Counted from the first letter of the stretch, positions 1 to 12,796 are shown. The stretch is 60,000 nucleotides of DNA from Malacoraja senta (GCA_038087875.1 CM075987.1:20772001-20832000), one strand, 5' to 3'. Program-made: numbers and translations. Notes: generated by a model not told the origin, from the sequence alone.

Positions 1-129
1 ATGTAGAGACCAAGGAAAAAAAATGCTTTGTAAATATAAAAGAGCTAACAATTAAATAACTTTTACATATTATTATTGAAAGGCACTTCCTATACAAATA
101 GAAAAATCCTCCAGGAGATGAAGGAAGTC

Positions 130-225
130 TATGGGCCGGATGACTACGGAAAAAAAATACGCCTGCGGCGATGATTTCGGGTTACGGCCGCATTCAGCCC
201 GGGGGCCGTAGGTTGCCGACCCCTG
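130..225. mobile_element. Terminus of hAT/Charlie-like DNA transposon
   Basis: Ends ...gggccgtaggttgccgacccctg, the reverse complement of a CAGGGGTCGGCAAC-type terminus; the other end is not seen in the window. Confidence 0.55.
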
Positions 226-751
226 CTGTAAGGTAACCATGGAATACTCTGAGGACTTTATAGTAACAAAATTATTTACTGGCCTTGATGTGAAGAAGGT
301 GTTTTAGAGGGTGAAGGAGCAAGTCCAAAACTGGAGTCTATTAATATTGTTTCAGTAACTAACACATCAAACAGGAACGTTTGATAAGCTTCTTCACCCA
401 GAGTTGGAATAATGTAGAAATGACCACCAGATGGAGGTGTGGAGACAAATGCCACAGCTGCATCCAGGAGGGTGCAAGTTGATATAAAACACTCATCAAG
501 GGATAAGTGGATTGCACCTGGATTGTTGTGGCTGATTGCAGTTGAGGAACGAAACCTCAATGCCACCAATAGCTCTGAAACGAAGTACCCGAGGCCTTGT
601 TCATAATAGTCAGGGCCTTCATTCAGGCCAACCTCAAGAGCGTGGTACCAAAACACTTAACACATCTTCTGCCCAATCAGAGGTCCAAACACCCTCTACC
701 ACTGCAACATGACCATTAGCCTTACGCTCCATCCCCCAACTGCACCACCTG

Positions 752-1531
752 CAGAGCTGCCAGGTTTTGTCAGCGCATTTCAGTATTCTAGTACCTGAAA
801 ATCAGTATTTCGCTGAGGAAATCAGTATTTCTACGCGGTGCAGTTATACCCATGTAAGAGTACAAGAAGGCATAACTTTGCTACCAATTGACATGTCTTT
901 TACGCACCTTACTTGACAGTGCATTCATTGCCATCTCTTTGTATACTTCTGTTTGAACGGCTGCTTCCTGCTTTTAGCACCAGATGATGATGTAGAAGCC
1001 ATTTTGGAAGCCTCCCTCTCCCTCCCTCGCTCCTTCCTCTCTCTCCCTCCCTCCAACCCCTCCCTTTCCCTCCCTCTTCCTTCCTTTTTTTCTCCCTCCC
1101 TCTCCCTCCCCAAACAGTCTGTGACCCATAGCGCTGTGGCCATAGCGCTTTGTGTAAAGCCCATAGCGCTATGTGTAAAGGCAATAGCGCTCCAGCTGGT
1201 AGCGCTATAATTAGAACCCATAGCGCTGTTCGTTAAAATTCCCACACGCTAAACTGACAGCACTGTTTAAACCTGTAGCAGGACAGGTATATCAAAGCGT
1301 ACAAAAATAATCATCCAGATCTTGAAATTTAAAATACTAATAGATATAATCTGCTATAATTTTTAGAGTTACAGTATGATTTTTTATATCCTTGCATTTA
1401 AGCAGCAAGATGAAACAGGAAGTCGGGCTGATTTAAAAAAAATCCGTATTTTACAAAGCAAATCCGTACATCCATATTCTTATCGCATTTCCGTACAAAA
1501 TACGGAAAATCCGTACTACTTGGCAGCTCTG
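752..1531. mobile_element. Non-autonomous hAT-like element with 6-bp TSD
   Basis: TIR cagagctgcca...tggcagctctg; CACCTG at 746-751 and 1532-1537; subterminal repeats (aatcagtatt / aatccgta). Confidence 0.8.
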
Positions 1532-2589
1532 CACCTGGCTGTGTTTCTACGCCCTGCTTACAAGCAGAAACTGAAGCAGGTGGATCCGTTACAGAAAGTC
1601 ATGTATGCTGGTCTACGGAAACAGATGAGACTTTTTGTGACTGTGTTGAGTCGGCTGACTGGTCCCTATTCAAGGACTCCATGGCTAACTAAAATGAATA
1701 TGCTCTGGTGTCACAAACGTCGTCAGACAATGTTCCAAACGATGTCAAGGATGCTGCACGATCGTTCAACGTTGGTCCACGAGACCATACAAAATGGAAA
1801 GGGTTTCATGAACTGGAGATTGTACCTCAATGCCAGAACTGGGGTGTCAGGGGTTAATGGGGAGAAGGCAGGAGAATGGGGATAGGAGGGAGAGCTAGAT
1901 CAGCCATGATTGAATGGCGCAGTAGACTTGATGGCCCGAATGGCCTAATTCTGCTCCTATCACATGACTTTGATAAAACAAATTAGAACACAGATCCCAA
2001 ACGTGATGAGCAGCAGCGAAACCCCCAAAAACTTCACCAAATCATCAATCAAATGGCTGTACAGGATCTGGGAGGTCTTTCAGATTGTTTTATCCATGAA
2101 TGCAAGACAAAGTCAAACTTTCATTCTAATTGTTTTCAGCACTTATTTACTAAATGATCAACTTATTTACTAAATGATCAAATGGTCAGTTGCATCATCT
2201 GAAAAAAAGTGTGATGTACAGAGATGCTTTCCTGACATTCAGTTGAAGTAATTCTCCAACAAAATAAAGGGCTAGCCAGAGTATCAAATCTTCTTACAGG
2301 CAAAACTTCTACCAAAGATTTGTCTGGATTTGGATTCCTTGGCAGTAAAGGAGATCATTCATTGCACCGTGTCTGTGCATGCAATTTCTAAAAACCACTT
2401 GTTTACTGTATGCTACTAATATTTCAGAAATATTTATTTTTTCTTTCAAATACACGTCCAGTTCCCTTCCAGGCCATAATAAAAACTGTCCTCATTTCTA
2501 CTTCTTAGGTCAGGTTGTCCGACAACAGAGATAAAAATGTAGGTCCCCTCCAAAGCTGGATGAGAACCCATGAGATTTGTCTTAATGAC

Positions 2590-3008
2590 ATAGAAACATA
2601 GAAAATAGGTGCAGGAGTAGGCCATTCGGCCCTTCGAGCCTGCACCGCCATTCAATATGATCATGGCTGATCATCCAACTCAGTATCCCGTACCTGCCTT
2701 CTCTCCATACCCCCTGATCCCTTTAGCCACAAGGGCCACATCTAACTCCCTCTTAAATATAGCCAATGAACTGGCCTCAACTACCCTCTGTGGCAGAGAG
2801 TTCCAGAGATTCACCACTCTCTGTGTGAAAAAGTTTTTCCTCATCTCGGTCTTAAAGGATTTCCCCCTTATCCTTAAGCTGTGACCCCTTGTCCTGGACT
2901 TCCCCAACATCGGGAACAATCTTCCTGCATCTAGTCTGTCCAACCCCATAAGAATTTTGTACGTTTCTATAAGATCCCCTCTCAATCTCCTAAATTCTAG
3001 CGAGTATA
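2590..3008 (-). mobile_element. CR1 LINE 3' fragment
   Basis: RGDLIETYKI...RTRGHSLRIRG...FFTQRVVNLWNSLP (CR1 ORF2 C-terminus), 3' UTR and short tandem-repeat tail. Confidence 0.9.
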
Positions 3009-3070
3009 GGAAATTTATGACTTAACTGAACATGACAGATTGATGTGAACAACAGTAGACAACAACATAC

Positions 3071-3229
3071 CTTGAGCTGAGATTCACTCTTCGGGTCAAG
3101 TGGTTTTCGGCGCAAAAGCTGGAGATAATTCTGATCTATGTTTCGTTGATTTTGCGTAGTTGCATCTTCCACAGCAGCAAATCCTTCCAGCATCACAGTC
3201 TTCAGGATGCCAATATCTCCATGCAAGGA
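3071..3229 (-). CDS. NUP214: NUP214 exon 17 (coiled-coil); gene continues beyond the left edge
   Basis: tag/gtatgt; [23 protein letters not shown]...[11 protein letters not shown]; 159 nt. Confidence 0.95.
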
Positions 3230-4808
3230 CTAATGGAGTGGAGGTGATGGGAAAGAAGTAAAAAAGGAAACAGATATATCAGCATAAAACCACAGCAAGC
3301 CAAGAGAATTCTGGGGAGAAGCAATTCTCCAGCAAAAAAGGAATAAAGAGGATGAAATCTTCATAATATTTCCATTCAGTTTAGTTTATTGTCACATGTA
3401 CTGAGGTACAGTGAAATGCTTTTAAAATCTTCGGATAAATGCCTTCCAACATTTGCTCCATGACGAGAGATGCTTAATAGATTGCCTTCAAACCAATGCA
3501 GAAAACAGACAACAAATTAGCAAAATCACCCTAGTTCATATAAGAAATCCTCAATAGAATAGAGGGCAGAATCCCAGAATTTGACCCAGATCAAAGATTT
3601 TTTCCCTGGAAAGCTCAGACAGAAACAAGATATTTTAACCGCTCCATCCCCAACTGCCTGCTCCACATCCAGCAAAACTGTGTATGATCTGTGGCCGATG
3701 TTTGGTCTGTCATTAAGTTAAGGTTTCCAAATTTAGATTGCCTAAGCAGTGCAAATAGATCCAATCCCATCTTGGATTCCAGAATTATTTTTAAAACGAT
3801 ATTTATCAGCCTAGAGCAATAGAATAGCATTCTTGCGAGCACTATAAAATCTGGGAGCACTACTAGAGCTGCCGCCAGAGGAGTGTAGGTAAATGGATAG
3901 TGGTGATGTGCGGGTAAGAGAATGCAGCCAGTTGCAAGATACAGCTGGCAGTCGAGATGCAGCCCAAATCACCAGCCGACGGTTATGAAAATGGAGCAGA
4001 AGATGGTGCGAGTTCTGTTAGTTTGCATACGCTCTGCAGACACAAACTACAAACTACGAACGCAAGACGTATATCTTCCTGCTGGGAAATAAAGGATTGT
4101 TTTCTGTGAATACAGCCCGTTCCATGTTAAAATAAATCACACAATATAAAGTTTGTGGCCTGGATTGTTAACGACAGACCAGTATGCTATCATAGCTTGG
4201 GAATAAAGCTTCTTCAGTATTGATATCTAGGATGGCCATTTTAAATATCAATGTATCTTCGTCTAGGAGGCAATACAGAAAAGAGATGCTGCCCACCAAG
4301 AGTGAATATTGCCCGGTTAGGCACTGGCACCTGCTAGATTACATCGTCATCTGAACAAATGTCCACAACGATGTCTGCATCACTTATGGCATAACAGGTT
4401 CTCATGTCTGCTAGGATGACAGACTGCCTGATATGATCGATTATCTCCATCCACCTGGTCTAAAATATCAGTGTTAATGGCAGTTAATGTTGAAGCTTTC
4501 AAGGACCCCACAAAGCTGGTACTTCTCACACAGCACCTGACAAACAGCCTGCCATCTCCCAAGACTCAGCACCCATGAAAAAATCCCAACTTTTCCTCAT
4601 AAGAACTACTAGGAATGAATCCGCTAGTCTTAAACAAGAGGACATGGTCACAAAATAAGTAGATAGTCATTTAAAACTAAGATGATGGTGGTGCTTACAT
4701 TAAACAACAAATTAACTTTCCCTCATCTGATGTGGTCTACATTCAAATCACCGCAGCCTCCAGCTCTGACATTATTGACAAATTAGCCGAGTAGCTTAGT
4801 TCACTTGC

Positions 4809-4958
4809 CTCAGTGGTCTCCTTGATCTCCAACAGGAATGTATTAAGCGACTCCGCATCAAATTTCAGGTGAGCCATGTCCTTTGTGCTGCCAACCACAA
4901 AGTTAGCATTGGCTGTACGGGCCTTTAAATCATCCAACTCTTTCTGAAAAAGAGCAAT
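4809..4958 (-). CDS. NUP214: NUP214 exon 16 (coiled-coil), GC donor
   Basis: IALFQKELDDLKART...FLLEIKETTE; cag acceptor, GAG|gcaagt donor; 150 nt. Confidence 0.93.
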
Positions 4959-6892
4959 CTGCACAAAGAGCACTGCATTAGCATTCCAGGGATGACATTT
5001 TCCAAACAAGTTATTATTCAAGTTTTTTTTTTTTTCACATTCTCAGGACAGAACATCACAAATGCTTAACTAAACTTTGGCTATTCTTTTTTAAATATAG
5101 AACAGCCCCTCATATTCGAAGTGGATATTTTACAACCCAAAGGCATGAACACTGACTTCACTAATTTCAGCTAATCCATTCCTCTCTGTCTCCTTCTCTC
5201 TCCTTCTGTTACACCCAAGTCCTCTCACCCCCTCCTCCACCCCCAGTCAAGCATGAGCGACTTCTTTCCTCTTCCCCTTGTACCCCATCCACCCATTACC
5301 CACACACCCATCTCACTAGGTCCCCCGTCCCCTAACTCCACGGCTGCATCTGCCCATCATTCCTCCCTTACTTGGTTTCTCATCATATTCATTTATGTGT
5401 AGCCTTTTTTTTGTTGCTTCATCAATAACCTCCCAGTTTCTGTCGCTATCTCCAGCTTCCCTCTCTGACCTGCCTCCATCTGCTACACCACTCCTCACCT
5501 GGATCTACCTACTTCTTGTCCCACCTCTTTATAGTGGCTGTCTCCCCTCTTTCTCAGTCCAGAAGGGTCTCAACCAAAAATGTCCACTGTCCATTTCTCT
5601 CCAGAGATGCTGCCTGACCCATCGAGTCGTGGAAGTACGTTTTTGCCCCCAATTCCAGCATCTACACAGTCTCTGGTGTATATCTTATATTAATACCTCC
5701 TTGTGATTGATGAAGCTTCCCCCACGTGGAATACACTAAAGGTAACTAAATGCAAACTGCTGGATTTATAGATGAGCTGAGCATGTCTATGTTTTAAAAA
5801 TCAGATAATTTGCCCGAGATCCCATGAACAATGGGAAGATGAACAATCCTCCTTTGGTGCTGCTGGTTCAGCTGTAAATACAAGTCGGTGCTTAGTGAGA
5901 ACTCTCCAGACTTTTTTAATGCTATGGGACCTCATTGCATCTTTTTGTTTAAATAGGAAGCTGATGGGTTCAAAACAACTCCAAAGATGCAACTCCAAAC
6001 TCCAGCTGATGCTCCAGGGCCTGTCATAAATTCTGCAAGAGACATGGAACTGACACCTGTGTGCTTTCAAAAGTGCATGAGAAGTAAATGGTTCAGAAGA
6101 GTAGAGAGAACTACAGGATTCCTTGGCACTGTTTCAAAGAGATCAGCCAGATTCCCTGAGAGTAATCCTTCCTCAAACAACATGAAAGAAAATACTGAGT
6201 TGTAATGACAAGAGTCAAGTCAAGAGTTTTTAAATTGTTACTACATGCAAAATCCGTTACTGTCCAAATTGGCTGCAACATTTAAGAGGGCAGCATTTGA
6301 TTAGTACTTCATTGGTTGTTATATTTTGGGATATTCTATGATCATAAAATGCCAGTTCCCTTGCTTTAAAGAACAATTACATTCAAAATTGCTAAAACTG
6401 CTCATTGCACTCAACAATATTGTAAGAGGCAGATAGACAGGATCCTTTAAGTAGGAGTAGTGAAGAGAATTCCAGTTGTTGCGATTAACATCAGGAATGC
6501 ATGATAGTTAGAGAAAGACAGAAACCACAGAGGCCTAGAGAAACAAGGTCGCAGAGGGATGTGAAAACAAGAATGGAGAACTTTTAAATCATGACATGGC
6601 CGGACCAGGAAACAACATTAATTAACAAGCTGAAGGGTAAAGGGTGTTGCAGCCTTGCTGCTAATTAGTACAAAAGTGTATTGAAATGACAAAGTTATGC
6701 CATTTCTGTAACTTGTACTGTTTCAGAACCTTACGGTTGACCTTTCCTCAGCAGATTAGTATTTAGTCAACAAAAATGAACAGAAAACTAAAATCATTGA
6801 TAAAAGTATAAAATTGTCAGCTAATCAAATCAGAAACTGACAAGTTAGTTGAATGGAAGCTTTACCCGATATTTCACACCCACTATTCTCAC

Positions 6893-6988
6893 CTCTTCCA
6901 TGATTCCCATCATCACCGGGTCTAAAGTTGGCTGTTGTTGCATTTGCTTTTCCAGATCAGATGCGGAAATCTTAGTCATTGCGGAGGT
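6893..6988 (-). CDS. NUP214: NUP214 exon 15 (start of coiled-coil)
   Basis: aag/gtgaga; TSAMTK...LDPVMMGIMEE resembles human DPVMAGIGEE. Confidence 0.9.
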
Positions 6989-9071
6989 CTTAAGAGAAAA
7001 GAATAAAACAATCTGCATTAGCATCTGTTGGTAAATATTTGTACTCATAATAAATCACAAGCAATGATCACTGTGGTGGAAATAAGTACAAGATGAAGCA
7101 AGGTCTCACACCAAAATACAGCATTTATAGGAAATCAAAGCCGTTCTCTTAAGCTTTTCAACAACCCTGATTGCAGGGGACAGATAGTTAGACACTTACC
7201 ATTCCATTCCCGCTGCCACCCTGCACAATCTACAAAACCAAATCCCTACAAACCCAGGGACACAAGGTAGCTCAAATCCAATGTGGAGCAATCCAGATGA
7301 TCAATGGGAATATGTAGCATCTCTCAGGGGATTCTTCCACCCCCCACCACACCCTTTTATATTTTTAAAAAATGTAGAGGACTGGCCAACTCCCTTTTCA
7401 GATAGCACAAGCCTCAACAACCAGATCCACCCTGATTGGCAGAACGTATGACTACAGAATGCAAGATCTAATTCTTTGATTAGAAAGGTCTTCAAATAAG
7501 GATTTCATTTACCTCCTGTTCATGAGGCACTAAATTCCTCTGGGAAGTTGGTGGAAATTTCCCCTATGAAATATAGGCCCGTGCATTCCTAGAAAACTAG
7601 ATGCTTCATGGCAGTGCTGGCTCGAAGGGCCGAATGGCCTTCTCCTGCACCTATTTTCTATGTTTCTATGCATCATGATTTTCCATAAACATATTATATG
7701 TGGAAATGTATTCTTACAGGATGTTTTTTTATCTCAATTGTAATGAGCACCACAGCTGCTGGTTGACAGCAGGTGGCCATTTAAGAGGTTTGCTTGTAAA
7801 ACTGACAAGGCAACCTCCAAGTGGCCCAGCAGCTGCACTTGGAGACAAACAATGCAGATGCTGATCACCTTCCAGTCTTCAGATTGAATGGAGACGAACA
7901 CTTTTTCATGTAAAATAAATAAAGATATATTTTAATGATATACCTCACAACAAATAGTGGCCATTCAAGGTTACTTGCACTTCACCTTACTGGCCCTGTC
8001 TCAGCTAGCTTGATGGTATATAACATGGAAAACGGTTGAAAATAAATACTGCCGCACAGCAAAGTGAACCTACTGCACTGAAAACCCCATTCCCCGAGCA
8101 TCTTGTTAAAATCAATATTAACTCGATTTGTTGATTGATTTGCATCTTATATTTATTTTACTATTTACTCCACATAAATTTACGAAGAGTGAATCCTATT
8201 CCATATCTTGGATTTTTGGATGATTTGTGAATTCTGTACTTGTGAATTATCCGTGCCCGAACGCCTGTAACACAGGGGTGTTTCCTGTTAAATCTGGATA
8301 TCGTGACTCGGTGGCAGAAACACGAAACTACTAACTGTACAGTGGTGTCCAAGTAACAACATGGCAAATAGCCACGATAATGCAGTGCTGGTTATATGGA
8401 GATATATTGCATGGTGCACATTATGCTACTTAGGTCAATGTTACATACAAGAAAAGGCATGCATTCAATGAAAGGATGATTGTTATCATTAATATCCAAT
8501 TTCCACGTTTGTGAAAAAAATCTACGGGTCAGGTAAGTGGTATACAAACTTATCCCAGAGAATGGCACCAAAATGGTACTCAGTCATTTTGCAGGTGCCA
8601 AGACTGGAGTTTGCAACAGTTACCGCAGATGTGATGGCAGGGAGTTAGTAATTCCTGTCAGTTTAAAATGAACTTTGCCTATCGATATAATCAAAGTTAT
8701 ACAGAAACAGGCCCCTTAGCCAAACTCATCCATGCTGATCAATGCTCCTTCCTAAGCTAGTTTCATTTTCCAGTGTTTAGCCTATAATGCTCAATAAACT
8801 TCCTTTTCCGTGTACCCATCGAAATCTCTTAAATCTTGTAATTGTAATCCTGTAACACTTCCTCTGGCAGTTCGTCCATTAACTCACTACAACGTGTGGA
8901 AAATGTTGCCCCTCGGGTCCTTTTATTACACCTTTATCCTCTCACCCAAAACCAATGCCCTCTAGGTTTGGACTCTACTACTCTGCGACAAAGATTATGA
9001 CCTTCATGATTTTATAAACATTTACAAGGTTATCCTTTTAAAACTTGCTCAGCTCTGCTAGTAGGAAAATA

Positions 9072-9616
9072 AGCGAGTTTGGTATTCAGACTGCGCATGC
9101 CCAGGTCAAAGGTCACTATGCATGAACAGCCCTGGAAACGAGTGAAGCAGTGGACCTTCATTTCTTCCGTTTTTTCCAGCTTTGATTCTTCTAGGTAAGA
9201 AAATACTGCAATGAAAGTTGTATTTATTGTTCTTTTGTTAAAAGCTTAGATCAGCCCCCTTCCCGCGCTGGCTGCAAGCCCGGCCCGACCCCTCCGGTCG
9301 CCCCTGGACAGGCACGAGACACCCGGGAGGGGACGAGCCCGGCAGCAACTCAACAGACCCGGACCCAACACCAACCATGGACGAGCACGATCTCGCTCAC
9401 TCACCAAAGCATAAAGCAATCAAAACAACAAAATAATCTTAGCTTTTAACAATAAATATAACTATTTCATAGTTTGAAAGCAGTATTTTCTTACCTAGAA
9501 GAATCAAAGCTGGAAAAAATGGAAGAAATGAAGGTTCACTGCTCCACTGCTTTCCAGCAATGTTATGCATAGTGACCTTTGACCTGGGCATGCCCAGTCG
9601 GAATACCGAACTCGCT
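9072..9616. mobile_element. MITE with long (about 180 bp) terminal inverted repeats
   Basis: agcgagtttggtattc...gcatgcccaggtcaaaggtcactatgcat...agaaaatactgc mirrored at about 9480-9616; TA on both sides. Confidence 0.85.
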
Positions 9617-9801
9617 TATCTCTGACAGTTATGAAGCACTCACTCAGTCATGTCACAATAACAAAAATAAACTGGCAGGTTGTTTTCAAAAATATATATT
9701 TTTTAATAAATAAATCACGGCACCACTTTGTGCCTAATATTTAAGTTAATCAGGAGAACCCTAAATGTCACTGCTCAGAATCACAACACCTGTTTCCTTA
9801 C

Positions 9802-9866
9802 CTGAGTAGGGCAAGATTTTGGAACAGAAATCTTCCCAACATGGCCCAGCGCAGCTCGTGACATAC
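9802..9866 (-). CDS. NUP214: NUP214 exon 14 (linker)
   Basis: Long polypyrimidine tract plus aag, CAG|gtaagg donor; GMSRAALGHVGKISVPKSCPTQ; phase 1 to 0 links exons 13 and 15. Confidence 0.7.
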
Positions 9867-9972
9867 CTTCAAGGAGAAAAGAAAAGGATTTAAAACTACA
9901 GCTTTATCTACATTTTCAATTTTCCATTCATTTTTCCACTCCTCAATCACTTCATAACCAAGCATTAGATAG

Positions 9973-10066
9973 CAGTCTGAAGAAGGGTTTTGGCCCGAAA
10001 CGTTGCCTATTTCCTTTGCTCCATAGATGCTGCCTCACCCGCTGAGTTTCTCCAGCATTTTTGTCT
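9973..10066 (+). mobile_element. Short Penelope-derived unit with hammerhead-like core
   Basis: cagtctgaagaaggg...cccgaaacg; 16-bp direct repeat accaagcattagatag at 9957-9972 and 10067-10082. Confidence 0.8.
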
Positions 10067-10219
10067 ACCAAGCATTAGATAGACATGGTTTTCAAAATCA
10101 ATGCAACTCATTCATAATAACTTTGTCCTTTCTTGCTAAGGGCTGAATCTGAATTACAGCTTCCAACAGCCAAAATCTGGAACTCAGCAGGTCAAGACAT
10201 AGAACAAACAACTTGTATT

Positions 10220-10905
10220 TATTTTTGCCACCTCCAACGGGATCCCACCACCACTGGCCACATCTTCCCATCTCTTCCCCTTTCGGCTTTCCACAGAGAC
10301 CGCTCCCTCCGTAACTCCTTGGTCAATTCATCCCTTCCCACCTAAACAACCCCCTCCCCTGGTACTTTCCCTTGCAACTGCAGGAAATGCTACACTTGTC
10401 GCCTTACCTCCCCCCTCGACTCCATCCAAGGACCCAAGCAGTCTATCCAGGTGCGACAGAGGTTCACCTGCACCTCCTCCAACCTCATCTATTGCATCCG
10501 CTGTTCTAGGTGTCAACTGCTCTACATCGGTAGAGCACAGGCTTGGTAATCGGTTCACCTCCGCTCAATTTGCATTAACCAACCTGATCTCCAGGTGGCT
10601 CGGCACTTCAACCCCCCCTCCTATTGTGAATCCGACCTTTCTGTCCTGGGAGGAGCAGCACCTCATATTTTGCTTGGGTAATTTACAGTATGAACATTGA
10701 CTTCTCCAATTTCAGGTAGTCCTTGCTTTCTCCCTCTTTCCCTTCCCAGCTCTCCCACAGCCTACTGTCTTCCGCCTCTTCCTTTATTCTTCCCGCCCCC
10801 ACCCCCACATCAGTCTGAAGAAGGGTCTCGACCCGAAACGTCACCCATTCCTTCGCTCCATAGATGCTGCCTCACCTGCTGAGTTTCTCCAGCTTTTTGT
10901 CTACC
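10220..10905 (+). mobile_element. Penelope-like element 3' part (GIY-YIG endonuclease remnant plus terminal repeat)
   Basis: Reads ...QVRQRFTCTSSNLIYCIRCSRCQLLYIG; ends in the ctgaagaagggtctcgacccgaaacgtc terminal unit. Confidence 0.85.
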
Positions 10906-11938
10906 TAGTATTTATACAAAAGCTTTTGCAAAAATAGATGCCATGATTCACAGTAATGTAACCAAAAATTGACACAGATTCACATGAACAAACAGTGACA
11001 TAAATCACAAAGAGCTTTTAAGATGCATGTTAAAGCAGAAAAGACAGCCTGAGAGAAAGTTGCAGTGAACGAATTCCAGAGATTTGGGCCTTCACAACTG
11101 AGAACAGAGGGATGGGAAAACAAAATAATTTTTAAAATAAATTTACAACTGATCACTGTCTAACCCAGAGACAATGTAGGTCAGCAAGCAGAGTTGATGA
11201 GTATTTTGAAGGGCAATGTAGGCCCCATGGTAGCAGGGCCTGGATGACCCCAATTTTCCAAGGGTAGAATAAGCAAAATTGCTTCGTGCACATTAGAATA
11301 GTGTAAGAGTAATAGAAGCAGAAACAAGATGAACCAAAACATGAGCAGTCAGGCAACATGACTAAGGAGAAAATTAGCGTCTGAATATAAGCTTTGGTAT
11401 GTGATCGAAAGTTCCAATCAAAACCAAATATGTTGAAAATTATGAGGACATCAATAGGGTGGATAGTCAGAGTCTTTGTCCAAGGACAGAGGTGTCTAAT
11501 ATTTGAGGACACAAGTTTAAGATGAGATTAACTATTTAAATGAGATCTAAGGGACAGGTTTTACCAGGCAAGGTATATGGAACATATTGCCAGGTGATGG
11601 TAAAGGCAGGTACAATCACAGCATTTAGAAAGCAGTTAGACAAATACATGGATTGGAAAGGAATAGTGGAATATGGGCCAAATATGGGAACATGGGATTA
11701 GCATAGATGCATGCCCACAAAAGGGTCCGTTTCAGTGCAGAGTGCAGATAAGACAGAGACAGCAGAGAGGAAGCTTGCCAGCTAGCATGCTCAACCAACA
11801 GTGCAAGACCCAAAGATAAAAGAAAGGCAAGATGAAGAAGATTTAGAGAAAGGAGGGGCAGAGACTTAAAGAGACAGACTGAGAGGAAAAAAAATGAAAG
11901 CAGAACAAAAAAAATTCAATTTTAAGAATGGTCATTAC

Positions 11939-12081
11939 CAGCAGAATTTGATCTTGGGCCATGGATTGATTTTGATGCCTGGCGCTGAGTGTGAGGATGT
12001 GACAGTTCTTCGTCTGCGCTGTACTGCTGCGGTGAGTCATATGATGACTCAGTTGAAGACTCATCAATTTGACTTATGAAC
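11939..12081 (-). CDS. NUP214: NUP214 exon 13 (linker)
   Basis: tttcttttgtag acceptor, gtaatg donor; open in phase 2 to 1 (FISQIDESSTESSYDSPQQYSADEE...RSNSA); inferred from splice signals and phase. Confidence 0.68.
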
Positions 12082-12796
12082 CTACAAAAGAAAGTACTTT
12101 CATCACTGTTGAATCCAAAAGAAAATAAAACAATCTGCTTGATCTTTTAGGTAACAAAGACTGTAAACACAGCAGCTCACAAAGTAAACATGCCTTCTAG
12201 GAGATTTAAGGGGCATCTGGACGGTGTGTGGTCCATCCCATAATAGATTTTCACTTAATCAATTTAAGCAAGATAGGCAGGCAACAAGGAAAGATGAAGG
12301 CAGGTAGTATTTAAACTTAATATATTTCAAAGCTTCAGGGAAACTATGGGCTCTGGAGACCAAGCAGGAGAGTGCAGTGGATGCCAAGATTAGATGAGTT
12401 TAATAAATAGCAAGGCAGTCTTGAGCCCTCTGTTGTTCATAGCTATTAAATGATGAGTAGAAGGGGCTGAGCATCCTCTTCCTAAGTAAAAAATTGGAGT
12501 AATTTTTCCCAAGGATTGTGTGGTGATGTGACAAACATTCTGCTGAGCAACTTTGAAAGGATAGATACAGAAATGATATTTCTATATAGGAGAGTCTCAG
12601 GGACCAGCAATATAATAGTATTCAGAAAAGTAAGAAATTCATTACCTCAGCATTCATGGAAAAACTGGTAAAACACACGAGAAACAGATCCGCTGAATGG
12701 GTGAGATTGTTTACAAGGACGCACACCTTCAGAAATGTTAATCATGTGTCGTAAATTCAATGCAATTCCTTGGGATAGTTAAGAAAAAGAACATAC

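Noticed and set aside
276..656. 126-aa minus-strand ORF as NUP214 exon 18
   Set aside because: No similarity to the expected EIRRLHQYVKFAVQDVN-type sequence; more likely old repeat-derived DNA
1128..1228. CRISPR-like spaced repeats
   Set aside because: Repeats are only 7-8 bp with short, partly similar spacers; eukaryotic context; transposon subterminal repeats explain them
909..1245. R/G/E-rich and L/S/P-rich ORFs
   Set aside because: Translations of a pyrimidine/purine tract and short repeats inside a MITE
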